A DNA stretch of 64,000 nucleotides from Octopus bimaculoides (GCF_001194135.2 NC_068989.1:62308364-62372363), one strand, 5' to 3'; positions 1 to 11,772 are shown, counted from the first letter of the stretch. The notes: a model not told the origin generated them from the letters alone. Translations and numbers: made by a program.

Positions 1-9
1 TTCTTAGGC

Positions 10-183
10 GGGGTTTAAGCCGATTAAATCCACCCCAATGCTCAAATACTAGTAAATGTATCAACATCGAAAGTATGAAAGGCAAAGTAGACCTCGACGG
101 CATTTTAACTTAGAAAGTAAAGACAGACGGGATGCCGCTAAGCATTTTCTCCTGTATTCTAAATATACTGCTAGATCGCCACC
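10..183 (-). mobile_element. tRNA-derived SINE, family B, diverged
   Basis: Aligns by eye to the better copies at 59474-59680 (+) and 61309-61519 (-): GATGAAAGGCAAAGT.GACCTCG.CG, AACT.AGAA.GTAAAGACAGACG and CCGCTAAGCATT blocks. Confidence 0.8.
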
Positions 184-533
184 TTTGTGCATTTAAATAA
201 TAACACAACTTTTTCTGTCTATTTATTTGTTTTTATCTTTGTATTCATAGCATGCACATCTTGTTTCTGCATATTTGGTTTTCTTTTCATCTGATGCACG
301 TTTAATGTATGTTTTTAACTATGTTTTCTTATCGGTGTATTTAATTTTTTGCCTGTAGGCGTATCTCGTCTATCAGTTTCTTCTGAGAACAGCTAGCATG
401 CAAGAACCACACTGATATATATTGTTATAAGGCTAAGTATAATGGTGAAGTGAAATAGCGTGGTGCTTGTTCAAAAAGTCACTTAAGGATGTGCATTCTA
501 CACCTGTATTGCCAGACAATACAACGTACAATA

Positions 534-593
534 CGCTACCTATGAGTTACAGGTACAGAATGTGTCGAAACGTTTGTAGTGAATCTGAATAAA
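534..593 (+). ncRNA. degenerate type I hammerhead-like motif followed by AATAAA (possible Penelope-like terminal repeat remnant)
   Basis: CGCTAC-CTATGA-G..TGTGTC-GAAAC-GTT-TGTAGTG then AATAAA at 588-593. The core lacks G5 and stem II is only partly paired. Confidence 0.3.
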
Positions 594-885
594 GAATCTG
601 GAGAATTCCTTTTTCCGTCTTTGAAGTATTTATGGGTATATAATATATATACATACGTGTATCTGTGTGTATGTGTGTGAGTGTGTCTCTATGTGTGTAT
701 GTGTGTGTGTGTGTGTGTGTATGTTCGTGTGTACGTTGGTGTGTGTATGAACAGTTCCTCAAAATTGGCACCCCTGTAGATAATTTCTTTCATTACCTGC
801 CAAAATTTTTAATTATTTTTTTCATTGATAATGTTTCTAAATATTCGAAGCTAAAATTCGTACAATATTCAAAGGACTTACAACT

Positions 886-935
<50 letters not shown>

Positions 936-1234
936 AGCAAACCAATAGACATATATGTAACTGAATAACAAATACGAACCGACATAAATTCAGTGTTAAA
1001 ATACTACTGTCGCTCTTTGGTACTTCAGTTCTCACTTCCATATAAAAACGATGTCATTAAATATCAAAACACATTGTTATATATCACAATGGCATGTATC
1101 TGATATGCTTCTATGCTTTTTAGAATGCTTCCTAATAAACACACATACAAATAAAGCCATATATACATATATCTCTATATATTTACATATCTATCTATCT
1201 CTATGTCTCTTTCTTTCCCTTCCTCTCACTTTCT

Positions 1235-1268
<34 letters not shown>

Positions 1269-1714
1269 CATACATGTATGCATGAAAGTGGTGTGTAATT
1301 ATGTATGTTTATAGACACATATATGCAGACTAACATACACCTATGTATAAGTGTTAGTGTGCGTGCCCTACATCTTTCCTTGTCTGCGTAGCTGCGTTGA
1401 TTTGGGTGTTGGTGTGTCATTTTACAAATAATATTAATATAAATATCATTTATATTTTACGTTTTCTTTTGTTTTGTTATTTTGTGTCCCTTTTGTGAAA
1501 TAAAAGTGTCAATACCAAGACAGGGGACTCTATCTGGAATTTGTTGATAACATGCTGATCGTGTCTACATGACATGTTCCGATCGTGTCCAATGTGTAGT
1601 TTTTGCCTTTTCTCTTAGCAAAATTTTTGTCATTTCTGTCAATTTATTTAACAAACTGATTTATTAACATTTTCTATCACTCACTTACATGACATTTTAC
1701 TATTACTGTTTATC

Positions 1715-1723
1715 AACATCATC

Positions 1724-1777
<54 letters not shown>

Positions 1778-1787
1778 GTCATCATCA

Positions 1788-1880
<93 letters not shown>

Positions 1881-1930
1881 TCATTAGTATTATTATTATT
1901 ATTATTATTGTTGTTATTATTATCATTAAT
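1715..1930. repeat. compound trinucleotide microsatellite (TCA)n-(TTA)n-(GTA)n-(TTA)n
   Basis: Read directly from sequence. Confidence 0.95.
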
Positions 1931-1934
1931 AATA

Positions 1935-2372
1935 TGAGTATGGTTATTATTGTATTGTTTGCTTTGGTATATTCTGTTGTCAGAGGTTTCGCAGGGTCTC
2001 TTTCACCCTATTATAAGCTTTCCTACTTGGTTGTTATTATTCCTCAGATACGCGCAACAGATTAGATTGTTGCAAATGAAAAAAAAAATCATAACATCGT
2101 GCAATAACAAGTAGCATCAAATGCCAAGAACCCTCGTAAGCATCCTAGTTGTCCTTAATAACAGTTTTCTGGAGCTCTACTAAATTAGGCTTTATGCCTA
2201 TTTCCCCTATCCTTCTGTTCGAATCACTAGGACTAGTTCTCAATACATCTATGACTACAGGGACACATTTTGCCCGCATTTTCCATAGTCTTCGTAATTT
2301 ATTTGCTATTTTGTCCGTAATTCTCATATTGATTTTTCCATCATTTGGGAGGGTAAAGTCAATTATTTGATA
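1935..2372 (-). mobile_element. R4/Dong-like (RLE-clade) non-LTR retrotransposon 3' fragment
   Basis: Minus translation IIDFTLPNDGKINMRITDKIANKLRRLWKMRAKCVPVVIDVLRT...LQKTVI, then frameshifted RTTRMLTRVLGI*. Matches the RLE C-terminal pattern ID..VP.D / VPVVIGALG / LQK..LLGTARILR.VL. Confidence 0.8.
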
Positions 2373-2444
2373 CTTACTACTACTACTACTATTGCTGCTG
2401 CTGCTGCTGCCACTACTACTACTAGCATTACAACAACAACAGCG

Positions 2445-2491
<47 letters not shown>

Positions 2492-2557
2492 AATACTACT
2501 GCTGCTGCTGTTGATGCTGATGCTACTACTATTACTACTATTACAACAACAACAGCA

Positions 2558-2587
<30 letters not shown>
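2372..2587. repeat. compound trinucleotide microsatellite (CTA)/(CTG)/(CAA)
   Basis: Read directly from sequence. Confidence 0.95.
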
Positions 2588-2588
<1 letters not shown>

Positions 2589-2759
2589 AAAGTGGCATTC
2601 TAGCTTGAATTATTCTGTCAGCATGAATGTTAAAAGTCCCACAACTTCTATTTCTTACTTTCTACTACTTTACTAGGTTCATGTTCATACCATTTATCAG
2701 TATGTTCAAATCCTAACTTTCTACATAACCCCCCACAGGATTACTCTCTCTACGTTGAA

Positions 2760-3140
2760 ACTCACCGTATACACTGGTAGCCCGTTAAAATAAACACAGC
2801 ACATTGTTCACTTACAAAGTTATGTGATGCAGAAAAAGGAGAAGAAAGGAGAAAAAAGAAGAAAGAAACTGGAAAAAGAAAAGGAAAAAATGTTAACAAG
2901 AGAATAGTATTATTTATTACGGAGATGTACTTGCATAGCAAGTGACCTGATCTGAGATCATGTGCTGGAACGAAAGCAATTGTAGCGTGGAAGGTGTTTA
3001 TAAGCCATTTAAGAAACACAAAACCTATGAGATTCACTTCAACATTTAAATTTAATTTGCCAAAATATTTCCGTCGCTTTGATACCGTGACCTGTTCACT
3101 GACAAAATTAAATTTAAATGTTGAAGTGAATCTAACGGTT
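2760..3140 (-). mobile_element. non-coding repeat with terminal fold-back and hammerhead-like motif, probably a Penelope-like terminal repeat derivative
   Basis: Perfect 28-bp inverted repeat 3031-3058 / 3105-3132 enclosing a hammerhead-like core on the minus strand; GTAAGT and GTGAGT donor motifs further along the same strand. Family assignment is inference. Confidence 0.5.
3056..3106 (-). ncRNA. type I hammerhead-like ribozyme with G3-C8 swapped core
   Basis: Minus: TTTGTCA (stem I) GTGAACA (core) G GTCAC-GGTATCAAA-GCGAC (stem II, one A-C mismatch) GGA AATATT (palindromic stem III) T TGGCAAA (stem I'). A13 reads G in this copy. Confidence 0.55.
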
Positions 3141-3164
3141 TTAGTATTATTTAATATTATTATT

Positions 3165-4470
3165 ATTGTATGATTGACTTTTGCTTTGTAATTGTAGAAG
3201 TTGATTCCAAGTTTCACCCAGAGACCTCAAAAGACAACAAGTTAGAGGTTCAAGGTGGTAGTATGCCCATTTGGATTTGCACAGAGTATTGTTCTAGAGG
3301 ATGTTTAAGAATACATAAGAATATTATAAGTTTGCTTTAAAATTTTACATGTGAGATGTGATCATTTTCAGGGGCTGGATGTGGTTTCTGTTCCCACCAG
3401 TTTTTATGATGAGGTAAGTCCAAGGTTTTGCAAGTTACCCAGTGAATATACTGTGCTGCTCTATCATGTCTTTTGAGATAGATTGTAGGCACAAGAAGAC
3501 TGCACATGTAGACAACATGATCAATGGTTTCATTTTGTTCTTATATGACATTTGGGCAACTGCCGTTCTTCAATATGTTTGCCTGGTAGTTTCTTGTATG
3601 TAGGCATTGGTATTGGGCTGCTAAGATGAATCCTTCTGTTTCGAGTTTTAAGCCAGAAAACACTAACTATTGAGGAGTAAGGGCTTTGTCAACATTATTA
3701 GCTCTGTTTGGGTATTTTCCATTGAGAGTTTTTTTTTTGCCATTTATCAGTAAGAAAATCTAAGGCAGCAGTTTTAGCACGGGTTCTCATACGCTTAGCT
3801 TTTTCTGTGCTTGTTTCTAGTACGTCTAATTCTGAGACTTGTTGTATTTGGAATTCTCTTAGATATTCTTTGCCTGCTTTGTTACTGAGAATGGTGCTTG
3901 GTTGTTTTCATGCTTTGAGACAAGTTTTAACATCCAGTCAACAGAATTTTTCAGATAGATGATGATTTCAGATGATGATTCTCGCAATCTTCATTGTGAG
4001 TTCCAGTTATAAAAGTCCATCGCAATCCTTTTTTCTTGGAAGGTAAGGCTGTTCTATATCTGCCTGAGGGTGTTGCATTATCAACAACGTTCATATTTTC
4101 TGTCAAGATTACATATTTCAGTAATTGAGCAGTTAATGATATTGAAACTGTAAGTCACGGCCGGTATGGCTAAAATATTGATCGCTTCGATCCTGTTCCT
4201 TGCATTCAGCTCTATCTAGATTATTGCCCTTACCCTGCGATAGCATTCTCTTCTGATCCTTTCCCCTCATCATTGAATGTTTGATTCCATCACATTCAAA
4301 TATCCCTCGGTATTTGAAGCTCTCCGCTGGTTCTAACTTCTTTATGACATTCTACTCATCCCACTCAAAACGTCTTGGAATAAAGGATTTTAAAGGGTTT
4401 TGATAGAAACACGAATGTGAATTATTCGAAACCCCAAGGTTAATTAGCCAAACCTCAAAGCATTCCTTGC
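3165..4470 (-). mobile_element. R4/Dong-like LINE, decayed: RT C-terminal region, CCHC knuckle and 3' UTR, RLE part deleted
   Basis: Minus translations: IKKLEPAESFKYRGIFECDGIKH; QHPQADIEQPYLPRK; LNGKYPNRANNVDK; GLKLETEGFILAAQYQCLHTRNYQANILKN; ETIDHVVYMC..L...YLKRHDRAAQYIHWVTC. Multiple stops and frameshifts. Confidence 0.9.
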
Positions 4471-4521
4471 AACAAATAGCTATGATTCACCTCCACTACT
4501 TCTGCTCGTTATCAGAGATAC

Positions 4522-4523
4522 AC

Positions 4524-4562
<39 letters not shown>

Positions 4563-4586
4563 GATTATTATTATTATTATTATTAA

Positions 4587-4640
<54 letters not shown>
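4522..4640. repeat. compound microsatellite (ATT)n-(AGT)n
   Basis: Read directly from sequence. Confidence 0.95.
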
Positions 4641-5225
4641 GTTTGACTTTTGCTTTGTATTTGTACAAGTTGACTCCAAGTCTCAACAAGAGACCGCAAG
4701 AGACAAGAAGTCAGTAGTTCAAGTTGGTGTTATGAATAAGGTGTCATATATTTCGTTTTACGCAGAATATTGTTCTAGAGAATATCTGTCAAAACTTAAG
4801 TAAATTAGAAGTTCGTTTTAAAAGGAATTTGATTATAAGATCATAGTATGATGCTAAGATGACAGTAAAAGTTGTTTGCTGTTATGTGCATTTAAAAGTA
4901 ATTTGGCACTGTTTACGGTTTAAAATATTTGGGGGATTACATAGACAATACTTTATGTAGGATATAATCAGTTCCCATGAGCACTATGTTTTGTATGTCT
5001 TCCATTTTTGAATTTCCTGTTATCTGGGTCACATTGCAATTATTCCCTTTTCCTATCATTCCTAGGGTACCTATGACAACAGGTATTGTTTTAATCATTA
5101 AGTTCTAAATTTTGCAAATTTCTATTTCTATTTCTATTTCTATTTATACTTGCTCAGTCTTTTGGTATGTCTTGACACATACATTTATGTCATTCATATC
5201 GATGATTTTTGTCTAACCTCCTTCA
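4641..5225 (-). mobile_element. R4/Dong-like LINE 3' end (RLE C-terminus and 3' UTR)
   Basis: Minus: IKTIPVVIGTLGMIGKG...TQITGNSKMEDIQNIVLMGTDYILHKVLSM*. Bases 4641-4740 match 3175-3260 (TTGACTTTTGCTTTGTA.TTGTA.AAGTTGA.TCCAAGT...). Confidence 0.85.
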
Positions 5226-5234
5226 AAAACAATG

Positions 5235-5475
5235 TCTGAAGGACTTCAGTGAAAAATCTTGCCTCCTCATCAACATGACTGTCCCAGTCGACATCAGTGC
5301 ATCTATCAAGACCTACCAAAAAACTGAGCATGTTTAAAGATCTTGAAATAGAAGCTGGAAAATGTGGAAACTCAAAACAAAAACTATACCTAGGTGCCTT
5401 AGGAATGATAGCAAAAGGGGCTGATTGATACCTAGCTCAGATAACAGAAAATCTAGAACCGGAAGACATTCAGAT
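5235..5475 (+). mobile_element. R4/Dong-like RLE fragment, inverted relative to the adjacent copy
   Basis: Plus, with frameshifts: KSCLLINMTVPVDISASIKTYQK / LSMFKDLEIE / MWKLKTKTIP / GALGMIAKGAD*YLAQIT. Confidence 0.85.
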
Positions 5476-5476
5476 G

Positions 5477-5477
<1 letters not shown>

Positions 5478-5509
<32 letters not shown>

Positions 5510-5527
5510 CTTCTTCTTCTTCTTCTT

Positions 5528-5607
<80 letters not shown>

Positions 5608-5620
5608 TACTATTATTATT

Positions 5621-5657
<37 letters not shown>

Positions 5658-5707
5658 GTAGTAGTAGTAGTAGTAGTAGTAGTAGGAGGAGGAGGAGGAG
5701 GAGGAGG
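5478..5707. repeat. compound trinucleotide microsatellite (CTT)n-(ATT)n-(ATC)n-(AGT)n-(AGG)n
   Basis: Read directly from sequence. Confidence 0.95.
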
Positions 5708-7569
5708 GATGATGAGCGTACATCTGTTTAAACGTATTCATCAAGGCTGGATTTTATGTTTGCCTATACCTAAGCATCATGTATACTTTCTTCTTTACTT
5801 CTTTCCCTGTGTGTCTATTTGCATTTTGTATATGATATACAGTCGATTTTCTCCGTCATAAACGAAACTGCATTGCTGGAATTTTGTCAAGAGCAATCAT
5901 GAAAGTTACATGTTAATTTTAGAAAAGCCTCACATATTTTTACTGCTGCATTTAAAAATTGCTGGCCAAATGTATGTTAAGAGGCTACTTGCTCTGCCTA
6001 AAAATCCTAACATTTCGAGATTGTCATTTATCGTTTTATCCCAGAGCGAAGAGCAGCAGTAATTATATATGTGAAATAATAATCTATGTAGCAAAGCCGT
6101 AGATTACGAATCACTCCGCCGTAAATATTCTGTTTACATTGATTTTAAAAGAAATCGTTATATCTGCAGGGCAGTTGAACTCTATCACTGGCCATAATTT
6201 TTTTCTTTTCTCACCGACACAACTTTATCAAGCATTTTAAGTTTACACTTGGCAGAAGTTTTATGAGNNNNNNNNNNNNNNNNNNNNNNNNNNNNNNNNN
6301 NNNNNNNNNNNNNNNNNNNNNNNNNNNNNNNNNNNNNNNNNNNNNNNNNNNNNNNNNNNNNNNNNNNNNNNNNNNNNNNNNNNNNNNNNNNNNNNNNNNN
6401 NNNNNNNNNNNNNNNNNNNNNNNNNNNNNNNNNNNNNNNNNNNNNNNATATATATATATATATATATATACCTATCCTTGTATATACGCATGCTTATAGT
6501 TATATTTATTTACCCATATGAAGATGTATATATGTATATGGGCATGTATGCATGTATAAATAAATGTACCAGCCTATACTTCTCTGTATGGATGCGTTTA
6601 TATAAGTATGCAGGCGTGTACATATTAGTAATGTTTTTCGGTGTATATATAAAGTGTATGTGTAAATACGATTAGAATCGTATGTAATTCGCTTCATTGA
6701 ATTGAAAATCTTCAAAGGAGTCTATTAAAGTATTGATTCCTACAACATTGCTGTAAACATAAGTATGGTTCTTTTTCGTATGATTCATTCTCTGCAGTGT
6801 TGTAAATTATAGACAGTATTGTGCAGCTTAAACTGCAATATATTCATGTGTAGCTTTAATTATTATCAATATTATTTTTATTAATACGGTGTTGCTTTGG
6901 AGAGTTCATCTTAGCATATTGTATTCTTCGTGTTTTTTCTTCGTTTTCTTCTCAGCATTCTTATGAACAAAACAGGTTCCGTTCTTTACAAATTCATCTT
7001 GCGTTACATGTATAGTGTATCGTGGTCTGTATTATAAACTCAACTGTGCCCGTTATTTTCAACATAGTATGGTATTTTATGAAATCGATTTAGTTGCTAT
7101 ATCTAGTATATCAACTGACATCGCACAGAGACATTTTCTATACCTAATTAATGTTAAAGAAAAGATTTACAGTAGCTCGATAAAGAATTTCTTGACAAGA
7201 AGTCTGTCCTTCTTAAGTTGCCTTTTCAATAGTTTTAAATATATTCATTTAACACCTTTGGTAGAAGTGATATTTTAGCCCTGATATCGCGTATCGCTCA
7301 GTTAGAGGAAATGTTCCATAACATAATTTACGAAACTCCAAAGCAACGAAAACTTTGAGGGCTCAGTTTTGCAAAGCTTGTATACTTTAAGGGTCTGAGC
7401 AACTGACAGTATTCTGATAACAAATGTCAGAATCAAAACAATACTTATCAATAAACGCCTAAAAAAATATATTCGCTTTTGTAAATGCAACAAATAAGCG
7501 ATTTCTTGATAACAAAAAAGAAATCAGCTGATCTATCTATCTATCTATCTATCTGCATTTCTCCCCATT

Positions 7570-7604
<35 letters not shown>

Positions 7605-8795
7605 NNNNNNNNNNNNNNNNNNNNNNNNNNNNNNNNNNNNNNNNNNNNNNNNNNNNNNNNNNNNNNNNNNNNNNNNNNNNNNNNNNNNNNNNNNNNNNNN
7701 NNNNNNNNNNNNNNNNNNNNNNNNNNNNNNNNNNNNNNNNNNNNNNNNNNNNNNNNNNNNNNNNNNNNNNNNNNNNNNNNNNNNNNNNNNNNNNNNNNNN
7801 NNNNNNNNNNNNNNNNNNNNNNNNNNNNNNNNNNNNNNNNNNNNNNNNNNNNNNNNNNNNNNNNNNNNNNNNNNNNNNNNNNNNNNNNNNNNNNNNNNNN
7901 NNNNNNNNNNNNNNNNNNNNNNNNNNNNNNNNNNNNNNNNNNNNNNNNNNNNNNNNNNNNNNNNNNNNNNNNNNNNNNNNNNNNNNNNNNNNNNNNNNNN
8001 NNNNNNNNNNNNNNNNNNNNNNNNNNNNNNNNNNNNNNNNNNNNNNNNNNNNNNNNNNNNNNNNNNNNNNNNNNNNNNNNNNNNNNNNNNNNNNNNNNNN
8101 NNNNNNNNNNNNNNNNNNNNNNNNNNNNNNNNNNNNNNNNNNNNNNNNNNNNNNNNNNNNNNNNNNNNNNNNNNNNNNNNNNNNNNNNNNNNNNNNNNNN
8201 NNNNNNNNNNNNNNNNNNNNNNNNNNNNNNNNNNNNNNNNNNNNNNNNNNNNNNNNNNNNNNNNNNNNNNNNNNNNNNNNNNATATATATATATATACAT
8301 ATATAGATATATGCATACATTTATATATATTCAATCAGGATGATTATGTTGCTCGTATACTCAATAACAATGATCATGCTTTTGAAGTCAGACTTTTCGA
8401 ATTTCGAAAACAACAGAATAGATTTAATCAGATTAACGGCAAAATGTATGCCTATTGTTTATGAAAAAAAGAGGACCTCCACCGTATTGACTGATGCATA
8501 TTTCAGTGTTTCTTCTGAAATGAATTACGTACTAATTATTTGTGAGTAGAATGTAATTCTAAATTTGAATTAGTTTGCTAATCAGTCCACTCTATGAGTT
8601 TCCAACATTTACTCAGAAAACTATAGCAAAATATAGTTCTCACACGAATGATCACACTCGCCGTGCACGCATGCTGCGTGCGTGCTCACTCAAATACACA
8701 CATATTCATATACATATATGCTTACATGCACATATGCATATGTGAGTGTATGTTCCCCCTATCTATCTATCTATCTATCTATTTATCTCTCTATA

Positions 8796-8850
<55 letters not shown>

Positions 8851-10088
8851 ATGTCTGTCTTTTTGTATGTGTTCGCACTACTACATAGGTGTGGCGGGGA
8901 CTACTGATGAGGAGATGAAGAAATTGCATTTTTAAAATTACTTTTGGAACACTTCCCAAAACAAATTTATTCCAACCTTTGACTTTTACAAGTTATTTAT
9001 TTCTGTTTTTTCTAAAATATCTACAAAAGGTCAGAATCAACATTCCGTAATTAATCAAATATTGTATCGTTTCTTCTACCGGGAAAATGCATCTCATACT
9101 TCTTAGTACAGTTCACATTTAGTAACAAACATCTCATTTATCTTTTTGCCAGGTCGGAAGGTAACACCTATGGAACATTACAAATCCAGCGAGAATGATG
9201 GTCATAGAATGGTGGTTGGTGTTGAGGGACACTGTTATCCTCATATTCTAGCCCAGGATCAAATAATTGCATTGAAATGGATGCGATGAATGTACCTAGT
9301 GTCTTCTATACAGACGTTACAAATTTTTCGATTCTTAACGAAATATTTAACATTTTAAATGCTTGCTTTTTGAGGACATAATACCTATAAGATTATTCTG
9401 AACCGGTTCATATATAATTCACCTGTCAATTATTGTTCAAATAGCTCGAATATTACATTTATGATGAAAAGAATTGATAGATTATGTTTGAAGCAAGTGA
9501 GAGGAAGCATCGATCGAATGTACCATTAAATATGTTTAGTACTGATAAGAAACTATCTCCATGTGATGGTCTCACGAATAGAATTAAATGTAGACATTGA
9601 TATGAAATGACTGTAAATGCAATATATGTCCGTAAAAAGTTAAGACGGCAGTGAGGAAAGTCTACGTTGACAGTAATAAGTCGATAATCTAACCGGCAGT
9701 CAATATCTTTTGGAGGATACCTGTATGTTCTGTAAAAGCCCACAGCGTATTGTTCAAGTGCCATCTACTCTACCCTAGTAGAATAGTCCAACACTGCAAT
9801 TTGGTAGACAGAATTTATATGCAAGGCTGTCATATTAACCATTTATTTATTTTTGCGACTCTCGGCCACTGACTTCCGTTATGCAGAGGTACATTGGTTT
9901 CTATGTGTGTATGTATGCATGTACTTATGCACGTATGCTGGTTTGTCCCCGAAATATAACTACATTCAATCCATGGTGTAGTGTAATTTCTTTTTATATT
10001 CATCAAATCTTTTGCGTCATGTTCGGGTTTCGTTCAAATACGATCAGCTGAAGTTTTCTTTTATTTCAGGGTTTCTGTCTTGTTGTAT

Positions 10089-10550
10089 TTACGTTAGAAT
10101 GGCACTGTTAATTTCCCTATAATCTTTGCAATTCTGATTTAAAAAAAACAAAAATTCAGACAATTCTTTTCCACTTTTATTATTATACAGGCAGTCCTTT
10201 TCCAATTCATCATTCTCGCTGCCATTGGTTAACTTTGCTGTGTTAACCATATTTTCACATTTTTGCATCGTCATTGGCTACAAACGATGATAGCGCTTTC
10301 CTTCTTCTCCTCTATTAAATTATCATAAACTTCATCCTTTGTTTCTAAATCGCTTACATACATATTGCTTAACATCGTTTACTTCAGTAAATTTAAAGTC
10401 TACGGGTATCTATTGCCTAATTTCCTCTAGATTTGCGACAGATGCCAAGTTGTCAGTGCCATAAATTATTTTATATATTATCTCAAGGATTGTGCTTTTA
10501 TATATTACGTCTAGAGTGCATTTCATCCGAGATGACTGGAATATGATCTG
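10089..10550 (-). pseudogene. possible decayed coding sequence of unknown origin
   Basis: Minus: about 70 codons with one internal stop (MKCTLDVIYKSTILEIIYKIIYGTDNLASVANLEEIRQ*IPVDFKFTEVNDVKQYVCKRFRNKG), then KDEVYDNLIEEKKESAIIVCSQ and MTMQKCENMV... in shifted frames. No family recognised. Confidence 0.2.
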
Positions 10551-11106
10551 AATGTAATTGGTTTAAGGAAAATTGTACACACTTCAGTAGAGAGAATCTG
10601 TACAGAGAACGTCAACCCTGAGTTAAAGACTTTATTTCCTTCTGTTCGTTTGCTGACGTGAGGAGTCTTCTATGTGATATCTGTTTGTGTTGTACCAATG
10701 GATGCTCAGTTTGATTTTTGCACGAGTTATTTGAAACCAAATGTTTCTAAGGTGATATCAAATATTTCTAAGGTGATTAGGCTTATGATTTGCATAATAA
10801 TGAGCGCCAGTACTTATCAAGTCCCAGTGTGTACTTATACGTTCATTACGCCGTTGCATATCTGAAATATTTTTCAATAGATGCAGTTTAAACATTAAAA
10901 TGGGTTACTTCTATAAATAATGTGGAATGTGTCAACATGCGTTGAATGGTATTCTTTTCTTATTTACAATTTTACAATGAAATAACCATTAATCAGTTCA
11001 TCCACTTTCATTTTATTCTTTTGGATGTGAGATTTTAGACATTCCATTGTTTCTTTTGCGTATATAGCTGAATCTTTTATTGTTTGTATTTGTGTGTTTG
11101 CGTGTG

Positions 11107-11165
<59 letters not shown>

Positions 11166-11772
11166 GCGCGTGTGTGTGTGTATGTATATGTGTACTAATG
11201 TGTATGGAGGATGAAGTAGTTTGCAATAGATATAAACAGTTGCGAAGTTACTCATAATTAGAATTAATGAGTTTTTTATCACCAATATCAGAAGAAGAAA
11301 AAACGAACATCTTTATACTTTAATACACCCTTTAGCCTAAACTTAGGAACATGTGTAGCAAACATTTTCTAAACCTTTCTAACAAAAGAGCTATTTAGAA
11401 TATCAAATGAAACCCATGCTCTAGGATTTTTTAAATGTGACAATGCTGACTACAGACGAACGCGAACGCAAATACGCGCACAGAAATAACACAAAGAAAT
11501 ACACTTATACACAGACGCACACAAACACACTCTTACACGCGCGCGCACACACACACATTTACGCTCACACGCGCTTACACTAACACACACACGCATGTAG
11601 AAATTTGCGTAAATGCATCTTTGTATATAATAGTAAAACGACTGATGGCTATCAATGTGTTTAATCCAATGTGTTTAATCCAAATTATTATGGAACTATT
11701 TCACAAATACGTTTAAAATACCAAACTAAATTCAGAAATAGGATCACTCAGATCGACGGAAATATTCTATGA

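Noticed and set aside
1975-2050. Minus-strand AGGGT-GAAAGAG-ACCCT hairpin followed by GAAAC, with CTGAGGA upstream
   Set aside because: The core is too far from the hairpin and no stem III or stem I closes; it lies in a LINE 3' UTR.
8900-8930. CTGATGA...GAAA
   Set aside because: The intervening sequence cannot form stem II.
9153-9290. Plus-strand acceptor followed by a 45-codon open frame
   Set aside because: No homology recognised and no consistent gene model.
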